IMG/VR virus record: IMGVR_UViG_3300037454_001182
Coordinates: 1-64,000 of that record
Length of the DNA stretch: 64,000 bases
DNA from: a virus
Lineage: Duplodnaviria; Caudoviricetes
Reading direction: 5' to 3' (one strand)
Below the pieces are notes generated by a model. The model ran no database searches, was not told the DNA's origin, and saw only the letters and a program-made list of their open reading frames with translations. Shown here one piece after another: positions 58,405-64,000 of the stretch. Numbering within the stretch: the first letter of the stretch is position 1; the number at the start of each line of letters is the position of its first letter. The position numbers and the translations under genes were made by a program.

Positions 58405-59060
58405 TTATCACCTCCTTTCAGAAAGATAACATTCTTACCGTCCTTTCGATTCTCCTTATAGCAGAAACCACTAAACTTGCAATCATCATCCTCTGCAAGA
58501 AAGGCGCAACCGCTACAATCTTCACCGTCTGTCTTTTCCACGCAAAGAAGATGCTCACCTTTGAACTCCACAACATCGCCAATAGCGACATCGCGCTTTT
58601 GCTCTGGTTCTGGTTCTGGCTTCGGATTCATCAACTCTCTCAAATCTATCTTATCCAGTTTGGCGCATAGTTCCTTGGCATATTCGATAGACAGGTTGGT
58701 AATGAAATCGACACAACCATCTTCATTCAAATCTTTGATGTTCTTTGTACGCATGAGTGACTGCATCGCCATTCCAGAGAATACGCAAAGGTGGCTTTCG
58801 TATGCCCTTACCTTTTCCCTTTCCTCAAAATCTGAGACTTCCTCAAAATCCCATGCGAGATTAAGCCCCTTGACCATTTCATGCTCATCCAGATTAGCGT
58901 CAATGTAACTGACCCAATCCGTCTTTCTTCTTTTATCACTTTCTCCGTTGTGACTTACGACATAGACAATTTCACCAGTCTTTCGATTCTTGGCCTTGCC
59001 TCTTCCTAATATAAACATAATTGATTCGATTAAAATAAACGTGAACGAATACGATTCCAA
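58401..59060 (-). CDS. Hypothetical protein with a C-terminal Cys cluster (likely start 59018)
   Basis: CSGCAF...C...C. Confidence 0.55.
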   Translation of the reverse strand: MESYSFTFILIESIMFILGRGKAKNRKTGEIVYVVSHNGESDKRRKTDWVSYIDANLDEHEMVKGLNLAWDFEEVSDFEEREKVRAYESHLCVFSGMAMQSLMRTKNIKDLNEDGCVDFITNLSIEYAKELCAKLDKIDLRELMNPKPEPEPEQKRDVAIGDVVEFKGEHLLCVEKTDGEDCSGCAFLAEDDDCKFSGFCYKENRKDGKNVIFLKGGDK

Positions 59061-59479
59061 TAACTTTTCTTTGAGTAGTTCCTACGCTTATTGTAGGCAT
59101 GGAGTTTTGAACGGTATGGTGGCACTGGTGGCTCTGGAGCCTCAACCAGAGGAATGAAATCAATCAATGGCGGTTCTGGCAGCTTAGTCAAAACATACAC
59201 TTGGTTTTCCATTTCTGCCACCTCGATAGCATCGTATGTCTCAGTATCAATCTGAACACAGACATCAACAGTCTGCAATTCGGTGTCTGGGGCTATCCTC
59301 TGGGCGTGTGCCTCTAATTTGGTCTCAATCTCAGAGGGTGACAGCTTGCCATCGTTCACGTCATAGATGAACTTGCACAGGCTCTTATAGCCCTCACCGA
59401 CACACTTACGGCCTCTCAGTGGATTGTAGGCATATACCTTACCAATCTGGAGTTTGATATTGAAAGTCAACTCTGCCAT
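59030..59479 (-). CDS. Hypothetical protein
   Basis: 149 aa, tightly packed. Confidence 0.55.
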   Translation of the reverse strand: MAELTFNIKLQIGKVYAYNPLRGRKCVGEGYKSLCKFIYDVNDGKLSPSEIETKLEAHAQRIAPDTELQTVDVCVQIDTETYDAIEVAEMENQVYVLTKLPEPPLIDFIPLVEAPEPPVPPYRSKLHAYNKRRNYSKKSYWNRIRSRLF

Positions 59480-60051
59480 TATACCAGTTCAAATGAATAG
59501 GCGTACACTAACGGATTATCAATCCAAGTATTGCGACCACACACCTTATTGATGAGGTGATGGAACGCCTCTCTGGGAGTACCCCAACACTCTTCACAGT
59601 TCGGATAGGTGTAGTAGTCACCATCTTCAACATCGTAGCCCTTGATGATACCCTCGGCCAGACAATCCTCATCCGAAATATCCTGCAGACATTCCACCTT
59701 GATTCCAGTAATGCGGATTGAGTGAGGCATCAACTCGGCTTTGACATACATCTTATTTGTCACTCCGATGTGATTCTCTTCGACCAGACGAATGACCTCA
59801 TTTTCCAATCTGGGTGGCAGGTACTCCGCTTCCAGAATGTCCTTATACCTCTGACCGATGGCCACGACCTCACCGACCTTGAAAGGCGAATGTGCAAGCA
59901 TGTACTCATCACGCTTGGCGATGTCACCACCTGCATAGGTCATGGCATCAACAACAAGCCTGTTTGGAATTGACCTGCGCGTATTCCATTTGTCTTTCTT
60001 CAGCACGGCTTGATGAAGTCCCTGCTCTTCGGAAAACATTATCTTTCTCAT
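59479..60051 (-). CDS. ASCH/PUA-like phage protein
   Basis: KWNTRR, PFKVGEVV, IRITGIKVECLQDISDEDCLAEG and WIDNPLVYAYSF. Confidence 0.65.
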   Translation of the reverse strand: MRKIMFSEEQGLHQAVLKKDKWNTRRSIPNRLVVDAMTYAGGDIAKRDEYMLAHSPFKVGEVVAIGQRYKDILEAEYLPPRLENEVIRLVEENHIGVTNKMYVKAELMPHSIRITGIKVECLQDISDEDCLAEGIIKGYDVEDGDYYTYPNCEECWGTPREAFHHLINKVCGRNTWIDNPLVYAYSFELV

Positions 60052-60326
60052 ACCTCCTTGATTTCAAACAGGTGGAACACCAACATTCCGTTACGCATCT
60101 GGATAGTTCCGATGTAGTTCAACTTTCTGGCTTCATCAGTAGAAATGTCATGGCCAGTTCCGGCCAATCTGAACTTTCTCACCTCTGCCTTGTTATCTGG
60201 ATTCACCAAAGCCCAGATACACGGCATACCATTCTGAACCTGCACCGTCAGAATCTCAGCATTTTGCGGTAAGGTGACAGACTGGTAATCTGTCACCTCG
60301 ATAGGATATTTGAACACTTTCATCAT
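60048..60326 (-). CDS. Hypothetical phage protein
   Basis: 92 aa; YIGTIQM...VFHLFE. Confidence 0.6.
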   Translation of the reverse strand: MMKVFKYPIEVTDYQSVTLPQNAEILTVQVQNGMPCIWALVNPDNKAEVRKFRLAGTGHDISTDEARKLNYIGTIQMRNGMLVFHLFEIKEV

Positions 60327-60337
60327 TGCCTTGCCTC

Positions 60338-60922
60338 CTACTCGCAGAAAATGAAGTCCATATATTCAGCAAGGAACTGTTGGCCCGCGTACTCCGCTAA
60401 CGCTCTATTTTTGAAGCAGAGGCGACCGCCGCCGTACGTGCTCGAGAACGACGAAGCGTTACTCGTGAGCGACAAAGCGACACCCGCATTCGCACTCGCG
60501 CTGTTGTACGAGCGACCGAGAACGCGGATTCCCTTTTTGTCCTCTTCATCCATACCGTCCAGTTCCTCCTGTGTGTAGAACACGAACCAAGGGAAATAGC
60601 GGTATTCATCCTCAGTAAAATTCGGCTTCCATCCCTCATTGAGAGCTTCAACAATAGTCTTTAGTTTGATGTAGGCCACCTCATCCTTTTCGAGAAAACA
60701 ACGGCTGTTGTCAATCGGTGAAGAATAGCGCAGGTCGTGGAAGTTTACAGGCTGAATACCGAGGACTTTGCAAGCATCCTCATACGTCTTTACCCTCTCT
60801 GTGATAGGCAGCAGGGAATCCAGACCATCAACCTGTACGTCATGCTTACGCATGAGTTCCATCATTTCTTTTGCAAACACTTGTGCCTTATCATCTGGCA
60901 CGATCAGTTTTAACTCTTTCAT
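60338..60922 (-). CDS. Small early-region protein, DGR target 2
   Basis: 194 aa; contains VR2 (RVLGRSYNSASANAGVALSLTSNASSFSSTYGGGRLC) near the C-terminus. Confidence 0.85.
   Translation of the reverse strand: MKELKLIVPDDKAQVFAKEMMELMRKHDVQVDGLDSLLPITERVKTYEDACKVLGIQPVNFHDLRYSSPIDNSRCFLEKDEVAYIKLKTIVEALNEGWKPNFTEDEYRYFPWFVFYTQEELDGMDEEDKKGIRVLGRSYNSASANAGVALSLTSNASSFSSTYGGGRLCFKNRALAEYAGQQFLAEYMDFIFCE
60416..60527 (-). repeat. DGR variable region VR2
   Basis: 16 mismatches to TR over 112 nt, 15 of them at TR adenines. Confidence 0.92.
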
Positions 60923-60969
60923 TGCTCTATGAGTATTTAATATACGCAGGGCGGTTACTCCTGCAAATC

Positions 60970-61221
60970 CTATAAATCAATATCAAAGCCCATATCAGAC
61001 AGGGCAAGGATAACGGCTACTGGCAATTCATAGATACCATCGTAATCTATCACAGTGTTGCCATCAGTGACATAGTTTCCACAAACGTAGGTATCATCGT
61101 CATTGTCTTTCTCCCATTCCCAACTGTGGGAACTCGGAGTGATTGCTACCCACACATCATCATCATCAAAATAGAAGTGATGGATGCCGTCATTATCAAC
61201 GTTTCTTCTGGTGATATTCAT
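60970..61221 (-). CDS. Acidic hypothetical protein
   Basis: 83 aa; AAGAGCA-ATG start. Confidence 0.6.
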   Translation of the reverse strand: MNITRRNVDNDGIHHFYFDDDDVWVAITPSSHSWEWEKDNDDDTYVCGNYVTDGNTVIDYDGIYELPVAVILALSDMGFDIDL

Positions 61222-61233
61222 TGCTCTTATATT

Positions 61234-61467
61234 TTATAGTTCTACTGGTATGGATTTGCCTGTTAACCTTTCAAGTGCGACTAAGACATTCCATCCCAAA
61301 TTTGTCTGTATTTGCTGCATCTTTTCGTGATGCTCCATTGCCTTATTACGGTAGGTTTCACTCTCTTGCCTTTTGGCAAAGTAGTAGTTGAAACTCTTAA
61401 CGTGGTCGATGTATTCATCAAGAACTTCTTGATTTACATTTACTGTCACAATTACTGGAAAACTCAT
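61234..61467 (-). CDS. Hypothetical protein
   Basis: 77 aa; AAGAGCA-ATG start. Confidence 0.6.
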   Translation of the reverse strand: MSFPVIVTVNVNQEVLDEYIDHVKSFNYYFAKRQESETYRNKAMEHHEKMQQIQTNLGWNVLVALERLTGKSIPVEL

Positions 61468-61479
61468 TGCTCTTTGGTT

Positions 61480-61863
61480 TTATTGGTTTACTTTCTCGAA
61501 TGATATTTGGCCATCCTCTTGCGCTCGATTCAAGATACCCAGTACGTAGTTGTTCACGTTCTCTTCATCACCGACCTCTCTTGCAGTTCTGAGGAACAGC
61601 GTTTCGTTCATGTAACGCTCTCTCATCTTACCCTGCCAGTCTGTGAAGATTCCAGTGATACGGATTCTGGTAACTTTCTTCTGCATAAGGCTCTTGGCTC
61701 TTGTCTTTACCCATGCAAGGCTGTAAGACGTATAGACATTGGTAGGGGATTTCATGGAACCGCTACCGTGCATCTTTGAATAATCCCACAGGTTGTAGAA
61801 CTGTCTGCCTGTGCTGTCTTTTTCCTCAGTATAGGAAAAGCGGTCATTGATTTTGTGCTCCAT
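61480..61863 (-). CDS. Hypothetical protein
   Basis: 127 aa. Confidence 0.55.
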   Translation of the reverse strand: MEHKINDRFSYTEEKDSTGRQFYNLWDYSKMHGSGSMKSPTNVYTSYSLAWVKTRAKSLMQKKVTRIRITGIFTDWQGKMRERYMNETLFLRTAREVGDEENVNNYVLGILNRAQEDGQISFEKVNQ

Positions 61864-61875
61864 AACTCAAACCGT

Positions 61876-62268
61876 TTATTGTTCATTCATTCTTGCTTGC
61901 CCATACTCTCTACTCCATTGCTTTGTGACTTTCTCGCGGTCAATTCCAGTGAGTGCCTGGCTGAAACGCTCAGTGATGAAAGCACCGTAAAGAATGGTAT
62001 TCTTATTCAACTTCATGCCGTTAGGGCAAAGACCGTTGGCATATCTACCATATTGCATATAGATGTTACGGTCAGCAGATGGAATGTAGTTTACTCTCTG
62101 ACCATCCTTTTTCATTGCCACTTCCCAATGGGAGCCGGTATAGGTCTTACTGCTCATCCAGTTATCTTGCGTATAACTGTCAGATTCAGATACGAGCCTT
62201 GCGACAATCTCATAATGTCCGCAATCGCTCTGCAAGTAGATGTACCTTGTTTTGATATTCGATTTCAT
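61876..62268 (-). CDS. Hypothetical protein
   Basis: 130 aa; AAGAGCA-ATG start; first gene after P7. Confidence 0.6.
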   Translation of the reverse strand: MKSNIKTRYIYLQSDCGHYEIVARLVSESDSYTQDNWMSSKTYTGSHWEVAMKKDGQRVNYIPSADRNIYMQYGRYANGLCPNGMKLNKNTILYGAFITERFSQALTGIDREKVTKQWSREYGQARMNEQ

Positions 62269-62285
62269 TGCTCTTATAGTTTGAA

Positions 62286-62368
62286 TTTCTATACTGCAAA
62301 GATAGCGATTTTTTCTGAATTATCAAAACGGAATGACTATTATTTTTGCCTTGCCAACTCTTTTTAAC
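62286..62368 (-). promoter_or_regulatory. Early-type repeated promoter P7
   Basis: -7 box at 62297-62304; upstream box at 62354-62368. Confidence 0.75.
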
Positions 62369-62956
62369 TCAATACTTTTTGCCGTGCCTCAAAGGTCTGG
62401 TTTCATTGTACTTCATCTTGGCCTCGATGTGAAAATCAAGGTCAATGCCTAACTGCTTTGCCCACTCATAGACGAACTCAATGGATTCAGACAGGTTGGC
62501 CATTCCAGAGTTGAGGACACCACGAACAAGGTAGTCGGCTGCTTCAGTGAATGACCATCTTTCAAACACTCGCACCCTGTATGTTTCCCAGTGCATTTCC
62601 TCACCGAACTTCTCATAGGCGAAATCCAGAATACGGATGAAGATGTCGGCAAACTCTTCATCCACGCTACCCTTGATGTACTCATTGAAATAGACCGAGT
62701 ACCAATTTTGATACCACTGTTCCGTTAGCCCTATCTCACCCTCTTTCTGTATTCTCAACGTCTCTTTCATTGCTTGGGTGTTGGCACGTTGGTTTTTCCT
62801 GTCAGCCTCAACAGCTTCAGCGACCTCGGTCATTATCATGCACAGCCAATGGCTATCAGATTTCTTTTCGTCATGCCATCCGTGGGCACAGGCATTCTTG
62901 TGTATCTGTCTGGCCCACGTCTGTAACTTTTCTTGATTCAGTCTCATATCAATCAC
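62369..62956 (-). CDS. MazG-like nucleotide pyrophosphohydrolase
   Basis: TEVAEAVEADR...EEFADIFIRILD...KMKYNETRPLRHGKKY. Confidence 0.75.
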   Translation of the reverse strand: MIDMRLNQEKLQTWARQIHKNACAHGWHDEKKSDSHWLCMIMTEVAEAVEADRKNQRANTQAMKETLRIQKEGEIGLTEQWYQNWYSVYFNEYIKGSVDEEFADIFIRILDFAYEKFGEEMHWETYRVRVFERWSFTEAADYLVRGVLNSGMANLSESIEFVYEWAKQLGIDLDFHIEAKMKYNETRPLRHGKKY

Positions 62957-63106
62957 GATTTATGTAACCGTCTCTGGTAATATCATTGCACGATTCCATC
63001 CACCACCAGTTACCATCTGGCAGTTTCAGTCCATCCAGATAGCGGACGCAATGCTCTCTCAAAGCACACTGCTTACCTTTGCAGTAGGCGAAGTCGTTAC
63101 TCATGG

Positions 63107-63739
63107 CTATTCGCTTTTACGTTGGTACTTGGGCATAGGTATGTCTTTCTTGGACGAATTGACATACTGGTAAATCTGGTTGGATAGTTCGGAATCCAAC
63201 AGCGACACATTATCCTTGACTGCATCATTCAGCCCGAACTCAAAGAAGTTGGTCTTGGTGATTCCACTTGTGCCGTACTTCTTTCGCACCTCACTCATTC
63301 CAGAGAGTTTGCCAGTCTTGGCGTACAACAGAATCAACTCGCTCAGATAGCATCTGAACTTGTCTTGCTTCAACTCCTTGGTGGTCATAATGTGTCTGCC
63401 TCCGGCCTGTGATTTCAGCACGTCCAGAGCAAACTCCAATGCCTCGATGAAAGTCTCCATTTCAGCATCACCACCGAACATTAGTTCAATCTGTTGCAGA
63501 TAATCCTCGCTGACTTTGTTACGGCCTTGGATGCGGCACGACATATCAGTACTGGAAACATTGGCTATCTTGAAGTAGGTACGGCCACCGTGACCTGTAT
63601 CACCTCCGCAATATCCAGTTGTTCCTACCTCGACTTCAATAACATTGCAGTCGATAATCTCTTTTTTGAAGGTCTCGACCTGTGAGCCGTTGACCATCAC
63701 TTGACCTCTTACGGCCTCTTCGTTTGGGTTGTCAATCAT
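63107..63739 (-). CDS. Hypothetical protein, paralog of 57217..57666
   Basis: Shared N-terminal domain. Confidence 0.65.
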   Translation of the reverse strand: MIDNPNEEAVRGQVMVNGSQVETFKKEIIDCNVIEVEVGTTGYCGGDTGHGGRTYFKIANVSSTDMSCRIQGRNKVSEDYLQQIELMFGGDAEMETFIEALEFALDVLKSQAGGRHIMTTKELKQDKFRCYLSELILLYAKTGKLSGMSEVRKKYGTSGITKTNFFEFGLNDAVKDNVSLLDSELSNQIYQYVNSSKKDIPMPKYQRKSE

Positions 63740-63907
63740 AACGGTAATTTTTAGGGGTTTATATCTATTGTTAGTTCCGTACTGAGTGCTGCGGCAATCT
63801 CATCATGAGCGGTGCCGACATTCATTCTCTCCAGTTCGTCTTTTGCCCTTTGCAGGTGGGCGAACATCTGAACGATTTTATCTCTTTCCTGTATGGTTGC
63901 TTTCATA

Positions 63908-64000
63908 CTACACGAACAAATTAGGTTGTGACAGTTTGATGAAATCTTTTGCGGCCTTATAGAAGTCCTTTTTTATCTCGAATCCGTATGCCCTGCGATT
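63908..64000 (-). CDS. C-terminal fragment of a probable amino (N6A/N4C) DNA methyltransferase, truncated by the window edge
   Basis: NRRAYGFEIKKDFYKAAKDFIKLSQPNLFV*. Confidence 0.55.
   Translation of the reverse strand, partial: NRRAYGFEIKKDFYKAAKDFIKLSQPNLFV

Larger units (their letters stand above)
1..64000. mobile_element. Temperate Bacteroidales siphovirus / prophage, continuing beyond the right edge
   Basis: Integrase, lysis, tail, tape measure, capsid, portal and terminase genes in phage order; Bacteroidetes-type TAnnTTTG promoters; no host housekeeping genes. Confidence 0.95.

Noticed and set aside
60330-60415. DGR hairpin downstream of VR2
   Set aside because: Only a 4-bp GCGT/ACGC pairing was found, which is not convincing.
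35173-62276. AAGAG as a Shine-Dalgarno sequence
   Set aside because: It is only 2 nt from the AUG and is absent from the highly expressed structural genes.
35991-62368. Repeats as a CRISPR array or IS ends
   Set aside because: They are dispersed over kilobases, separated by genes, and match the Bacteroidetes promoter consensus; no cas or transposase gene is present.
1645-63685. Numerous + strand track ORFs antisense to the phage genes
   Set aside because: They are shadow frames of long - strand genes with no recognisable motifs.

Overview
The window is the first 64 kb of a temperate Bacteroidales (Prevotella/Bacteroides-type) siphovirus genome or prophage. It starts exactly at the ATG of a tyrosine integrase (+ strand); essentially all other genes are on the - strand. 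From left to right: lysis genes; a diversity-generating retroelement (RT, TR, and VR1 in a 2166-aa tail adhesin); tail, tape measure, head and packaging genes; a ParB/glycosyltransferase/epimerase module; a C5 methylase; and many small early-type genes. Three things stand out. (1) The DGR template also matches a second variable region about 55 kb away, in a small non-structural gene, and the RT is fused to an extra C-terminal domain. (2) 19 early-type genes, and no structural gene, start with (A)AGAGCA-ATG. Two non-coding promoter-hairpin-terminator units (about 46795-46866 and 34263-34369) carry the exact antisense of this motif, CAUUGCUCUUA, suggesting a phage sRNA system that silences a whole regulon through a shared start-codon tag. 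(3) There are two promoter classes: seven repeated early promoters with a phased upstream box, and three late promoters with a 17-bp palindromic operator. All family assignments come from motif recognition by eye; no database search was run.
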